NCBI GenBank assembly: GCA_963711735.1
Contig: CAVQFA010000005.1
Span: 199,525 to 263,524 of the forward strand
Length of the DNA: 64,000 nucleotides
Direction: 5' to 3'
Origin: Candidatus Gottesmanbacteria bacterium
GTDB lineage: Bacteria; Patescibacteriota; Microgenomatia; UBA10105; UBA927
The position numbers and the translations under genes are program-made. Below the pieces are notes generated by a model. The model did no database searches, was not told the origin of the DNA, and saw nothing but the letters and a program-made list of their open reading frames with translations. Positions 18,818 through 28,578 of this stretch are shown one piece after another. Numbering within the stretch: the first letter of the stretch is position 1; each line of letters opens with the position of its first letter.

Positions 18818-19243
18818 TTATTCAACCTGAATGCCCATTGACCGTGCAGTTCCTTCTACGACTTTCATCGCAGCCTCTATGTTTGTTGTGTTTAAATCAG
18901 GTAATTTATCTTTCGCTATCTGCTCAACCTGTGCTTTTGTTAGTATCCCTGCGGATTCCCGTCCGGGTTTGCCTGATCCTTTTGGGATTCCCAGCATTTT
19001 GACGATCATTTTTGCAACAGGAGGAAGTTTTGTTATGAAAGAAAACGTCCTGTCTTGGTATACTGTTATGACTGCAGGAATCGTTTGTCCTTTAAGTTTC
19101 GCTGTTTTTTCGTTGTACGCTTTCACGAACTCCATGATCGGCAGACCATGTTGTCCGAGCGCCGGCCCGACGGGTGGTGCAGCAGTTGCTTCACCTGCGT
19201 TGAGGTTAAGTTTGATAATTGTTTTGACTTTTTTTGCTGCCAT
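18818..19243 (-). CDS. rplK: 50S ribosomal protein L11.
   Basis: MAAKKVKTIIKLNLNAGEATAAPPVGPALGQHGLPIMEFVKAYNEKT... Confidence 0.95.
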   Translation of the reverse strand: MAAKKVKTIIKLNLNAGEATAAPPVGPALGQHGLPIMEFVKAYNEKTAKLKGQTIPAVITVYQDRTFSFITKLPPVAKMIVKMLGIPKGSGKPGRESAGILTKAQVEQIAKDKLPDLNTTNIEAAMKVVEGTARSMGIQVE

Positions 19244-19640
19244 ATAAATTTATTTTGATAAACGTAAGAGGTTCGAAGGAAGTGAGAAGCCTGTTTGTGG
19301 ATTCTGTTCAATCGAGATCTCTTATAATCTCTCCTTCGATTAGATCGAAGTAAAGGCTAGTATATCAGAATTCTCTGTAAACAAAAAGAGGGAAATTTCG
19401 GCTTTATCAGACAGAGATTCTAGGATAAAATACCTATATGTCTCATGAACATAGCGGCGAACACAGTTCATCAGAAACTCTCACGGATGCTGTAATTCGT
19501 CATGCTCACGAAATCGGAAAAGCCTTTACAAATTTACTTGTTTCTGTTCCGACATTAATATTCGGATGGTTGGAGGGAATGTTGGGGATACCTACAAATC
19601 ACACAGGTCAATCAGAGCATTCTAACCATTGATATTGTGT

Positions 19641-20288
19641 TTACAGCTTCGCAACCTGGAGGAAGTCAAGTTCTACCGGTGTTTCACGTCCGAATATTGA
19701 AACCAGTACTTTCAGTTTTCCTTTCGCTTCGTCTATAGAATCTATCGTGCCGAGGAAGTCAGAGAACGGTCCGTCAACGATCTTTACTGCTTCACCGACA
19801 GAGAATGTAGCCTTGTAGGTCGGTGCTTCCTGTGCCATGAATTTGATGATTGTCGCTACTTCCGTTTCAGAGATGGGGGTTGGTTTGTTGCCGGTACCGA
19901 CAAACGCCGTGACACCCTGTGTCGTCCGTACCGCAAGCCACGATTCATCGTTAAGAACCATTTTGACAAGGATGTATCCGGGAAATATTTTCTCTTTCTG
20001 TTCCTCTTTTTTTCCGTGTTTGACGGTTACAATATTTCTCGTCGGAACGACGATATCAAATATCGCATTTTCAAGTTTCATTGTCTCTATGCGCTGTTTG
20101 AGGTTAGTTGCCACTTTGTTTTCATGGCCGGAGTACGTATGTACGACATACCATTTTGCATTTGGCGGGGGAACGGGTTTGGGTGTTGCTGGTGTTTCTT
20201 TTTTTACGACTTTTTCTTCTTTTTTTGCATCCGTTGGTGCGTCTTTTGGCGTTTCTTTTTTTTGGGATTTGATGATATCGTCAGCCAT
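19641..20288 (-). CDS. nusG: Transcription termination/antitermination factor NusG with a Lys-rich N-terminal extension.
   Basis: WYVVHTYSGHENKV (NGN domain) and the C-terminal KOW region GEAVKIVDGPFSDFLGTIDSID. Confidence 0.9.
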   Translation of the reverse strand: MADDIIKSQKKETPKDAPTDAKKEEKVVKKETPATPKPVPPPNAKWYVVHTYSGHENKVATNLKQRIETMKLENAIFDIVVPTRNIVTVKHGKKEEQKEKIFPGYILVKMVLNDESWLAVRTTQGVTAFVGTGNKPTPISETEVATIIKFMAQEAPTYKATFSVGEAVKIVDGPFSDFLGTIDSIDEAKGKLKVLVSIFGRETPVELDFLQVAKL

Positions 20289-20304
20289 AGTGTCTCCTTA
20301 GGAA

Positions 20305-20562
20305 TTAAAATAATTTTGTTGTTATTGAGAGAAATATCATATCAAGACCGCCGATAAACGCACCGACAAGAACGGACAAAAGAAGAACAATGACTGTAAG
20401 TTTTACTGTTTCTTCGCGTGTCGGCCACGTGACTTTTTTCAGCTCGGCAGCAGCCTCCCGTAAAAATCCGACACCGGAAAATTTGGATATGGCGGATGTA
20501 TTCATAAAACCAAAATTAGCAAAAACCCCTTCCGGGGTATGTGATAATGCTATCAAATCCAT
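20305..20562 (-). CDS. secE: Preprotein translocase subunit SecE.
   Basis: ELKKVTWPTREETVKLTVIVLLLSVLVGAFIGGLD is a SecE signature; immediately upstream of nusG. The true start may be an internal Met. Confidence 0.75.
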   Translation of the reverse strand: MDLIALSHTPEGVFANFGFMNTSAISKFSGVGFLREAAAELKKVTWPTREETVKLTVIVLLLSVLVGAFIGGLDMIFLSITTKLF

Positions 20563-20616
20563 ACATTGAAGTAAAGTGGGAAAAGGTATGTTATCGAAAT
20601 ATCTATAATTTCTGAA

Positions 20617-22380
20617 TTAAAAACATGAGAACTGCTGGAAAACATTCATAGTGCGTGAAAACCCATCATGGCACTGACCTGAAAAAACGTAATATGCCGT
20701 GGCTGCTCTTTTTACATTCCATTGTGAACATGTATCAACTCTTCCTCCGTTCCCTTGAAAGATTTCATAACCATTGCACTCAGATGGCATGTTCGATCGT
20801 CCTCCTTGTGATTCATAGAGTGATTTCGCTATAGCAAAGGCAGCGTCAGCGAAATTGCATTGGTTATATGTAGATCTCTGTTGAACTACGTTGATTGCGT
20901 CTCGATACGGATAAAACCATTTATCGATCCATCCAAATGCACCACGTGAGCCTGTTGCTGGATGTGCATGCGATTTGCAGACTGTATCGTCCCCAAAAGT
21001 TGTTTGACCAATCATTCCACCTTCTACGCTCCAACACGTAACATTTTCTGTAGACCAATCAAATTCCTCCCAGGTAAATGCTCCTTCATGTATCATTGTT
21101 CCTAAAAGTAAGGGTGCAGGGACTTTATATGTTTCTGCAGCTTTATGCAAAATGTCTATGGCTACGTCTGGCAGTTTTCCTTCAGGCAATTGGTCGGGAT
21201 AGGATGGATTAACTCTTCTAAGAAAATCAGCGAATTCATCCATATGACACAGTCCACAATTGCTATCCGACGTAGATAAATCAGGTAGTTCTTTTCCTTC
21301 ACAGCTGCCACCACTGTTTGTTTGTTCCGCATCGCAGTCACCGGTTTTGTAATCAGTAACGATTCGATTTTGTAAACCTAGTGGAGAGAGCATGCACTTT
21401 GTAAATGTATCACCGCTGGCAAAATTATTTGTATCCGTGAAATTTGTGCTTATTGCCTGTCCGTCGACATTGAAATTGTCTTCTGCCCCATGATCTTTGC
21501 CTTTCGTTATATCCAGTCCCTCCGGCCGGAAGGTGTTAAAAATTCCTCCGGCTTTATCGACTTCTTCTTTTTCTGAACCGGCAAGATACGGATAATCACC
21601 GGACGTTTTTCCGAGAAATAGTTTTACACTGCTGTCCAGATACGCACCCCGTTGTCGGGAAACGAGACTGGCTGAAGCCGTTTCGTCGGATTTGTTCCAT
21701 AATTGCGAAATTGCGTCAAAAATGCGCTCAAAGAAAAGTCTAAGAATGGCTTCAAATCCCTTTTCAAGGAGTACGGTTGTTTTAGGTTGTGTTTCCCCGG
21801 TATCAGATCCGCTTGACGGAAGGGTACCGGTTATTTCCACCGGATTTCTTGAATAATCATACGTGTTACCGCTTGGAGTAAAGGAATATTGTGTCCAGTT
21901 GGGACCAAGCTGTCTTCCGATTTTGTCCATGTTGTCCAGAAAACTGACACGTTGTGTTTTATACAACTGTGTTCCGCTTCCCTGACTTCCGGTTGCGCCG
22001 CTTGCATCCTGGGTAAAAATACCGACCTGTCCAGAAATATACGTGTTATTTTCAGGGGTGTATGAATTTTCGAGAATTGTGTATGCAGTAAGAGCAGGTA
22101 TTGCTAATTTGTAACTGTTCAGACGCTTATCAAGCTCTGGAATATTAAATTGTTCATTTGCCTGCGCTTGTGCGTTGAATTCCAAACTCATCGTAGGCGC
22201 GCTTTCACCGTATGAATCGGTTTGTGTCTGGATGAGTGACTCGTTAAAGGTTCCGCCCTCTACGTATATGACGTTTTGCGCCGGTTGCGTAGTAGGAGAT
22301 TGCGCGAATATTTGATTAGGACGGAGAAAGACAGACGTCAATGCAAACAGAACAACAATTGTCATAGATACTCGCTTCAT
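20617..22380 (-). CDS. Large secreted Cys-containing hypothetical protein (signal peptide MKRVSMTIVVLFALTSVFLRPNQIFA).
   Basis: ORF 20617..22425; start set at the Met preceding the signal peptide. No confident domain. Confidence 0.55.
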   Translation of the reverse strand: MKRVSMTIVVLFALTSVFLRPNQIFAQSPTTQPAQNVIYVEGGTFNESLIQTQTDSYGESAPTMSLEFNAQAQANEQFNIPELDKRLNSYKLAIPALTAYTILENSYTPENNTYISGQVGIFTQDASGATGSQGSGTQLYKTQRVSFLDNMDKIGRQLGPNWTQYSFTPSGNTYDYSRNPVEITGTLPSSGSDTGETQPKTTVLLEKGFEAILRLFFERIFDAISQLWNKSDETASASLVSRQRGAYLDSSVKLFLGKTSGDYPYLAGSEKEEVDKAGGIFNTFRPEGLDITKGKDHGAEDNFNVDGQAISTNFTDTNNFASGDTFTKCMLSPLGLQNRIVTDYKTGDCDAEQTNSGGSCEGKELPDLSTSDSNCGLCHMDEFADFLRRVNPSYPDQLPEGKLPDVAIDILHKAAETYKVPAPLLLGTMIHEGAFTWEEFDWSTENVTCWSVEGGMIGQTTFGDDTVCKSHAHPATGSRGAFGWIDKWFYPYRDAINVVQQRSTYNQCNFADAAFAIAKSLYESQGGRSNMPSECNGYEIFQGNGGRVDTCSQWNVKRAATAYYVFSGQCHDGFSRTMNVFQQFSCF

Positions 22381-22504
22381 ATCTATTCTCATGATACCAA
22401 ATTGACAACCCTTACGCATGCACAATACAATAACAGGTACCGACCAGCATATTTGAATAATCTAAAACAGAACAGGAAGTCGGAAAAAGGAGCCGGGTAT
22501 AAGT

Positions 22505-23386
22505 ATGAAAAAATATACACAAAAAATCCATAAAGCTGTTATTCCCGCTGCAGGATTTGGTACACGATTTCTCCCGCAAACGAAGGCAATGCCCAAGGAA
22601 ATGCTCCCGATTGTTGACAAACCGGTCATCCAGTATGTGGTAGAGGAGTTGGTTGCATCCGGCATCACGGATATCGTCATTGTCACAGGATGGCATAAGC
22701 GGGCAATAGAGGATCATTTCGACTATCCCAACGAACTTATCCAGACCCTGAAGGAACAGGGTAAGGATAAGCTTATCGAGGAAGTGAAAAAAACAGCGGA
22801 ACTTGCGAACTTTATCTATATTAGGCAAAAGGGTCCGTACGGAAACGGAACACCCGTACTTTGTGCTAAGCAGGTCATCGGAAATGAACCGTTTGTCGCT
22901 ATATGGGGTGATGAATTCATATACGCCCATCCGCCGCGCACGAAGCAATGTATCGACGTCTATGAAAAATACGGAGATCCCGTCATATCCGCCGTACGGG
23001 TACCCAAAGATGATGTGTCGCGCTACGGTATCATAGATGGTGTCAAAGTGGAAAATAACGTTTGGCAGATCAGAAAGCTCATAGAAAAGCCGACAGTCGA
23101 GGAGGCACCGTCAAATATAGCAGCACACGGGTGCTATATTCTGACACCTGACATTTTCGATGCACTTGCGCATATCAAACCCGGCAAGGGTGGTGAAATA
23201 TGGCTGACCGATGCCATCAAGGTACTGATGGAAAAGCGTCCTGTGTACGCATGCGAAGTTACAAACAGTAAATATTATGATACCGGCAATAAGCTTGAGT
23301 ATCTCAAGACCGTAGTCGAGTTTGCACTTGCGCATAAGGATCTCAATGGAGAGTTCAGAGAGTATCTGAAAAGTCTTAAACTGTAA
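22505..23386 (+). CDS. galU: UTP--glucose-1-phosphate uridylyltransferase.
   Basis: KAVIPAAGFGTRFLPQTKAMPKEMLPIVDKPVIQYVVEE is the canonical GalU N-terminus. Confidence 0.9.
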   Translation: MKKYTQKIHKAVIPAAGFGTRFLPQTKAMPKEMLPIVDKPVIQYVVEELVASGITDIVIVTGWHKRAIEDHFDYPNELIQTLKEQGKDKLIEEVKKTAELANFIYIRQKGPYGNGTPVLCAKQVIGNEPFVAIWGDEFIYAHPPRTKQCIDVYEKYGDPVISAVRVPKDDVSRYGIIDGVKVENNVWQIRKLIEKPTVEEAPSNIAAHGCYILTPDIFDALAHIKPGKGGEIWLTDAIKVLMEKRPVYACEVTNSKYYDTGNKLEYLKTVVEFALAHKDLNGEFREYLKSLKL

Positions 23387-23408
23387 TAGACCATGAAGTG
23401 ATATAAAA

Positions 23409-23939
23409 ATGAAACAGATTTCGTTTTCCCGTCTTCGGGGTTTGGCATTTATCATCTGGCATGCCCGTCATGAATTTTACCATGTGCTTTTGGGTCTTGC
23501 ATGGGCATGGGTTCTCCGGGAAGTATGGGGGAATCTGAATCTCAAATGGATTTTGCTGTCTGTTTTCGGATCACTTCTTCCGGATACCGAGCATCTGTTC
23601 TTTTTCCTTTCATACGGGAAGAAGGATAAATATACGCAGATGATTCGTGTATTTCTGAAAAATCACGAATGGAGGGTTCTCGCAGTGTTTATGGAACACG
23701 GTCATAAACGGAACACGAAACTCGCATTTCATAATATGTATGTCATTATTTTACTTCTTGTCATCGTAACGGCTGCAATTTTATATGATTGGAATTCATG
23801 GGTTGTTGTTATAGGTGCAATGATTATCCATTATATCTTCGATATCTTCGATGATATAGTTACCCTCGGTCGGATCAATCCGAATTGGAAACGGTGGGGC
23901 AGAGGGGAAATAAAAGAAACAGAAAACACGACCGATTAA
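23409..23939 (+). CDS. Hypothetical polytopic membrane protein (His-rich).
   Basis: Several hydrophobic helices and HxxxH-type motifs; no family recognised. Confidence 0.45.
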   Translation: MKQISFSRLRGLAFIIWHARHEFYHVLLGLAWAWVLREVWGNLNLKWILLSVFGSLLPDTEHLFFFLSYGKKDKYTQMIRVFLKNHEWRVLAVFMEHGHKRNTKLAFHNMYVIILLLVIVTAAILYDWNSWVVVIGAMIIHYIFDIFDDIVTLGRINPNWKRWGRGEIKETENTTD

Positions 23940-23944
23940 TGTAC

Positions 23945-24940
23945 TTACTGTGTTTGCTGAGGATCAATAACTTCGGGCGGCGGAGGATCCACAGGTACGG
24001 ATGGAGGAAGATCCTCTCCGGTTTCCGTTGTAGGCGGTTCATTATTTTTTCTCCGGAAGAGGTAGAAGAGAAGGATAGCCAGGAGAAGCCCCAGAAGCCC
24101 TAAAAATAAATATTGGTACGGAAAAGGCTTCTTTTCTTCTTCAACGGGAACAGGAGTTTCATACGGTGTTTCCGTGGGAGTAAGCGCAATATCAGAATCA
24201 ACAAGTTCGGTATATTGCACCTTCGGGTATTTATTTATTGTCGGCGTGGGAGCAGGGAGATAGGTATAATATTGGGACGTGCTGGTTGTAGTCGTTGTGC
24301 TTGATGACGCAGGATAGGGAGTGAGCGTCGGATACGGTGTGTATGTTGGAAAAGGTGTCGGATTCCATCCTCCCTGTCCGGGAGCAGTCGTGTTTGTAGG
24401 ATTGGGAGGTATGGGGGTTGAAGTCGGTTGCACCTGCGTTTGGATTATGATACCTGCGCCGTGTACTTTTGAACAGTCCAGGATATTTGCGTATGACGTC
24501 GAGAATATCTGTGATGCCGTCGTAGATCCGCAGAGGACATCAATCGTCGTTGATCCGCTTGACACTTTTGGTTTTATCGTAATGTTGGCAAGGATTCCGT
24601 CGCCTGTTTTTCCCTGAAAAAGGGAATTTTCCATACCGTGAATTTCAAGTCTTGCGTGACTCGGGTCGTTGGCATAGGAAAACCCGGAAAAAAATCCACC
24701 CGTCGTTACGCCTGTTATATCAATTTTGGACGGGTCATACCCGAGAATGGCATCAGTACTCATTGCCTGGTTTGTATCGACACTGATACTTATATACAGA
24801 GTGATTGTTGAGTTCGGATCAACTGTTACCGTTTGGGGTGCAACACTTAAAGATACGGCGTACGTTGTCGGTACATAAACAATACCGAGAAATATAAAAA
24901 ACAACACCGCGGATATGTGTCCAAGCAGATTAGTTTTCAT
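23945..24940 (-). CDS. Cohesin-like domain surface protein: signal peptide, cohesin-like beta domain, Pro/Thr-rich linker, C-terminal TM anchor.
   Basis: VSLSVAPQTVTVDPNSTITLYISISVDTNQAMSTDAILGYDPSKIDITGVTTGGFFSG...GDGILANITIKPK..GSTTIDV follows the cohesin beta-sandwich pattern. PT-rich linker; FLGLLGLLLAILLFYLF TM. Confidence 0.6.
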   Translation of the reverse strand: MKTNLLGHISAVLFFIFLGIVYVPTTYAVSLSVAPQTVTVDPNSTITLYISISVDTNQAMSTDAILGYDPSKIDITGVTTGGFFSGFSYANDPSHARLEIHGMENSLFQGKTGDGILANITIKPKVSSGSTTIDVLCGSTTASQIFSTSYANILDCSKVHGAGIIIQTQVQPTSTPIPPNPTNTTAPGQGGWNPTPFPTYTPYPTLTPYPASSSTTTTTSTSQYYTYLPAPTPTINKYPKVQYTELVDSDIALTPTETPYETPVPVEEEKKPFPYQYLFLGLLGLLLAILLFYLFRRKNNEPPTTETGEDLPPSVPVDPPPPEVIDPQQTQ

Positions 24941-27032
24941 CGTATTTGGTTTCTAAGGTTTTTCTGATAAGCATGATGTCGCGTGCGTTGACGCATCCGT
25001 TGTAGTCGAGGTCTCCGGCGATCTTATCCTGTGTGGTAAGTTCGCTGCATGCTTTTGAAAGTAGAGCAGAAACCGCGGTAAAGTCATTCATATCCGCCTT
25101 GCCGTCCTGCGGGTTTATATCTCCGGGTTCAAGAGTCAGACCGGTGAAATCAAATATCATGCCCGCTGTCTCGCCGGTTGTGCCGATATCTGTAAGTGAT
25201 AATGAAGACGGGGATATGGTAAGCGTTATTGAACCGTCTGTGGTACAGGGTGCTGTCTGACCTGACTGTTTGCAGAATTTCCGTGCGACATGCTTTTCTC
25301 CTTTGACTGTTACCGAATACCCCGGTCCCTGTGGTAATGATGTTTCAGGTATAGAAACAATTGCCCGGTATATGCCGTTTCCTGCATGCGTAAACGTAAT
25401 CGGGTTAGTAGTAAGGTCGATATTTGTTTTTACAAATCGTATCCGCGCTTTTGCACCTTCCGCCTCGCTACCTGTTACACCTTCAAATTTTATACGGAAT
25501 TCAAATGAATACATTCTGTTTGCCGGCGGTAATGTCGGTGTGGGAGAGATCATTCTTGACGGAACAGGTGAGGGTATAAGCGAAATTCTGGGCGCTGTCG
25601 GTGTGGGAGATTTATATGGTGAAATTCTTATAGTCGGTAACCGTGTAGGTGTTGGAGAAAGTCCGCATGTACAATCTTTTTCATAAGGACACCGTGGGTT
25701 GTAACATACCTGAGCGGTAATACACGTATTTGTACCGGTATTTGTTGTATTCGTTACGCTATTGCCGGGGGCGCACGGATAGGGACCGCAAATCAAACCG
25801 GTGCTGTAGGCAGCATTTACGGATTGAGCGTTACAGTCAGCATTTGTTCTGCAGGTTTTGTAGCATGCAGGTAGTGGTGTTATTTTGACCGTCGGAACCG
25901 GTCCGATTGTTGTCCCCGGAGGGCACATATTCTCAGTTATCGGAAGCAAACATGCCGGTTTGCTGTCTAAACAGGGTGGTCTGGGAACGCAAGTCGGTTT
26001 TATTGTGATAATGGGTATGGTAGAACATTCCGGAAGTTCTTTTCTATCCGATGCCAACCAGAGCTTATACTGAATTTTTTCTTCTTGTGTTAAGGGTACT
26101 ATGACCGTCGCACACGCTTGTCCCGGTGGTGCGTATCCTTTGCAGGAATCCGGCCAGTAGAGATTATCCCCCGTACCGCGAACGCGGCTCCAGCAGACTA
26201 TCGGTGGTTTTGGTGTGGTGAGAAACGGCTGGAGTCTTAAATTCGTAAAATGGATTCTTCCTAGCGGTACAGGAGAGGAAGTTACTATAGGAGGATTGCT
26301 GAATGATGGAGTATTGGTTACGACAGGAGGATTGCTGAATGCCGGAGTGTTAGTTACGACTGGCAGATCTCTGAATGCCGGAGTGTTAGTTACGACCGGA
26401 AGATCTCTGAATGCCGGAGTGTTGGTAGGAGGGTTGCTGAATGCAGGAGTATTGGTTGGGGGAGTGCTTAAGTCGATATCTGTGGCAACGGAAGTACTTT
26501 CAGATAAAACATTTAAAACAGATAAATCGCTTGTGATATCAAGTGTTCCGGTGAAAGCCGTACCGATTGGAGCTTCAAAAAATCTCCGTCCCTTATAATA
26601 AACCCAATCGCCGGGTGTTTTTCCGTTATATGTCCGTATCTCGTCAGACCACCACTTTTTCCCGTCTGAATAGAAATAGATAAACATACGCATTTCTACA
26701 GGAGTGCCTCCCTGGTTTTCCTTCCAGATTGCTTCGAGCGTTGTGTAGGTATTATCCTCAGGAGGATCCGAGTGGATTTGTATACCGGGATCGTTGCCCC
26801 AGTAATACGCACCGTTGGTAAAAATATAGAAAGCATCTGCACTCAGTGATACGTAATCTGTTGCCCATTTAATGGGATTTTTACCAAGTGATGGTGCCTC
26901 CGTTGCAGCTTTTTTCCGGAGCTCCGCCCGCTGTTTTACAGACCACAGAAGGACGGGAATAGCAGCAATCAGAAGGAGAAAGAAACAGACATAAACTATT
27001 TGTTTGAAAGTAACTTTCGAAGATAAATCCAT
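24930..27032 (-). CDS. Large surface protein with short tandem PPTNTPAF(S/R) repeats, a Cys-rich region and a C-terminal dockerin-like module (two Ca-binding loop repeats).
   Basis: C-terminus ...GDINPQDGKADMNDFTAVSALLSK...GDLDYNGCVNARDIMLIRKTL fits D-x-[DN]-x-[DN]-G-x-[VI]-[ND]-x-x-D-x3-[LI]-[KR]. N-terminal TM/signal; overlaps the cohesin gene by 11 nt. Confidence 0.6.
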   Translation of the reverse strand: MDLSSKVTFKQIVYVCFFLLLIAAIPVLLWSVKQRAELRKKAATEAPSLGKNPIKWATDYVSLSADAFYIFTNGAYYWGNDPGIQIHSDPPEDNTYTTLEAIWKENQGGTPVEMRMFIYFYSDGKKWWSDEIRTYNGKTPGDWVYYKGRRFFEAPIGTAFTGTLDITSDLSVLNVLSESTSVATDIDLSTPPTNTPAFSNPPTNTPAFRDLPVVTNTPAFRDLPVVTNTPAFSNPPVVTNTPSFSNPPIVTSSPVPLGRIHFTNLRLQPFLTTPKPPIVCWSRVRGTGDNLYWPDSCKGYAPPGQACATVIVPLTQEEKIQYKLWLASDRKELPECSTIPIITIKPTCVPRPPCLDSKPACLLPITENMCPPGTTIGPVPTVKITPLPACYKTCRTNADCNAQSVNAAYSTGLICGPYPCAPGNSVTNTTNTGTNTCITAQVCYNPRCPYEKDCTCGLSPTPTRLPTIRISPYKSPTPTAPRISLIPSPVPSRMISPTPTLPPANRMYSFEFRIKFEGVTGSEAEGAKARIRFVKTNIDLTTNPITFTHAGNGIYRAIVSIPETSLPQGPGYSVTVKGEKHVARKFCKQSGQTAPCTTDGSITLTISPSSLSLTDIGTTGETAGMIFDFTGLTLEPGDINPQDGKADMNDFTAVSALLSKACSELTTQDKIAGDLDYNGCVNARDIMLIRKTLETKYDEN

Positions 27033-27085
27033 GTAACTCTACTGTACCGTTGATGGGAAATTAAGTCAATATATGAGTCAATTGA

Positions 27086-27159
27086 TGGCAGGGCTGTCAG
27101 GATTCGAACCTGAAAGAGCGGTTTTGGAGACCGCCATGATACCATTTCATCACAGCCCT
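27086..27159 (-). tRNA. trnW: tRNA-Trp (anticodon CCA), CCA end encoded.
   Basis: Cloverleaf by hand: AGGGCTG/CAGCCCT acceptor, ATGA/TCAT D-stem, GCGGT-CTCCAAA-ACCGC anticodon arm, TCAGG-TTCGAAT-CCTGA T-arm, G73, CCA. Confidence 0.9.
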
Positions 27160-27254
27160 ATGTAGGGAAGGCAGTACACCTTTCCTGATGAACATTATAT
27201 CAAATTTCTTATATCAGAATGAAAAAATCGGATGTTACGTAGAAATCGGAGATA

Positions 27255-27752
27255 TTACAACATTCCGTACCGGTAGTGGACAATGAGGGCAATTGCCCAG
27301 ATTCCTATCTCTACATATGTGAGCGGATGCCTGATGGTTACTTTTGCCATTGCCGCAAATCCTTTTGGGGGATGGATACGGATGAGGTTAATTTCTTTCT
27401 TGTTAAACGGCCAGAACCAAACGATACCGCGGTTTAAACTGAATGTATCAACGATCAGGTGGACAAGGACATTTATTGCTGCGATTATGGTGTATATAGA
27501 AAGTTCTATTTTCCCCGTAATATGAAAATACGCATATACAAAACCAAATACGACAACCCAAAACAGAGGTTTATGTAATACGGATTCGCGATGACGCATC
27601 AGTTTCCAAACCTGAAGTATGTCAAGGTCAGGGGCAACCGATGCGATCATTGATACTGTCATGACTGTCCGTATTGTTTCAGGAGGGATGTTTCCGGAAG
27701 TAAGGCGCATTGCTATGAGATAACCAAGTGATATGTGTGTCGGAGTCATCAT
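27255..27752 (-). CDS. Membrane protein, possibly in the membrane-bound metal-dependent hydrolase (YdjM-like) family.
   Basis: Polytopic; His and Asp in helix-start positions; weak recollection only. Confidence 0.4.
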   Translation of the reverse strand: MMTPTHISLGYLIAMRLTSGNIPPETIRTVMTVSMIASVAPDLDILQVWKLMRHRESVLHKPLFWVVVFGFVYAYFHITGKIELSIYTIIAAINVLVHLIVDTFSLNRGIVWFWPFNKKEINLIRIHPPKGFAAMAKVTIRHPLTYVEIGIWAIALIVHYRYGML

Positions 27753-27761
27753 AGGTGGTAT

Positions 27762-28265
27762 TTATTGGATTTGGAGGGTTTTTATGACAGATTGAAATGC
27801 TTGACCGTATCCGGATATAAACACGTCTGTTTTTTTCGTTGGGTGTGTAAAAATTATCTCGTCGATTGGTGAACCGTCTTTCGGTGATGCGTCATGATAA
27901 ATATTTGCGGATACGGTTCCAATTTTTACGTTTTCTATCCGTTCAGGTATGAGTGCAGGACGAGGTATGTCTGCCTGGCATGCAACAGCGATGGATTCAT
28001 TCGGATTTTCCTTATTAACCATTATTCCTCCCTGCGGTGATGATATTTCAGTGAGGTTTGGCGGATATGAAAATGATATGCCGCATGTTTTGTTTTGATA
28101 GAATAATTGCTTTGGTGTTGAAGTTGCAGAAGGTACACTTGGTATTGTCGGTGGTATGACTATCTGCGTGTTTCCGCCGCCTATTTTTCTTCCGGCGTTC
28201 ACACCGATAATGAGAGCAGCGGCAACTGCAAGCAAACTGACGATAAGGAACGTATTTCTATGCAT
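27762..28265 (-). CDS. Secreted/membrane-anchored hypothetical protein.
   Basis: N-terminal signal/anchor LIVSLLAVAAALIIGVNA; no family recognised. Confidence 0.45.
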   Translation of the reverse strand: MHRNTFLIVSLLAVAAALIIGVNAGRKIGGGNTQIVIPPTIPSVPSATSTPKQLFYQNKTCGISFSYPPNLTEISSPQGGIMVNKENPNESIAVACQADIPRPALIPERIENVKIGTVSANIYHDASPKDGSPIDEIIFTHPTKKTDVFISGYGQAFQSVIKTLQIQ

Positions 28266-28317
28266 ACATTTTATTATATACCATAGAATTTATGTCGGGA
28301 AATATAGGGGAAAGAAA

Positions 28318-28491
28318 CTAATCCAGTTTTGAGCTTTCTTTATGCTCCGTATGTTTTCGGCATTTAGGACAATACTTCTTCAGTACGATTTTTTCCGTAG
28401 TGTTTATTTTATTCCGCTCGGTAATATAGTTCTGACTTTTGCAGACCGTACAGACCATTGCGAGTTGTAATCGTTGTTCTTTTTTTGCCAT
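28318..28491 (-). CDS. rpmG: 50S ribosomal protein L33 (57 aa; below the ORF-track length cut-off).
   Basis: Hand translation of the minus strand gives MAKKEQRLQLAMVCTVCKSQNYITERNKINTTEKIVLKKYCPKCRKHTEHKESSKLD*, with CxxC...CxxC zinc ribbon and L33 consensus. Confidence 0.8.
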   Translation of the reverse strand: MAKKEQRLQLAMVCTVCKSQNYITERNKINTTEKIVLKKYCPKCRKHTEHKESSKLD

Positions 28492-28578
28492 ATGAGCAAG
28501 TTAAAATATTAGTTTACGTAATAATTACCGTGTAAGTATATCGTATTTTTGCATGTACGCCAAGTGTAAAAAAAAATC

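Noticed and set aside
19438-19632. 64-aa plus-strand ORF between rplK and nusG.
   Set aside because: It is on the opposite strand inside the rplKA leader/promoter region, has no recognisable motif, and has a His/Ser-rich low-complexity composition. Probably spurious.
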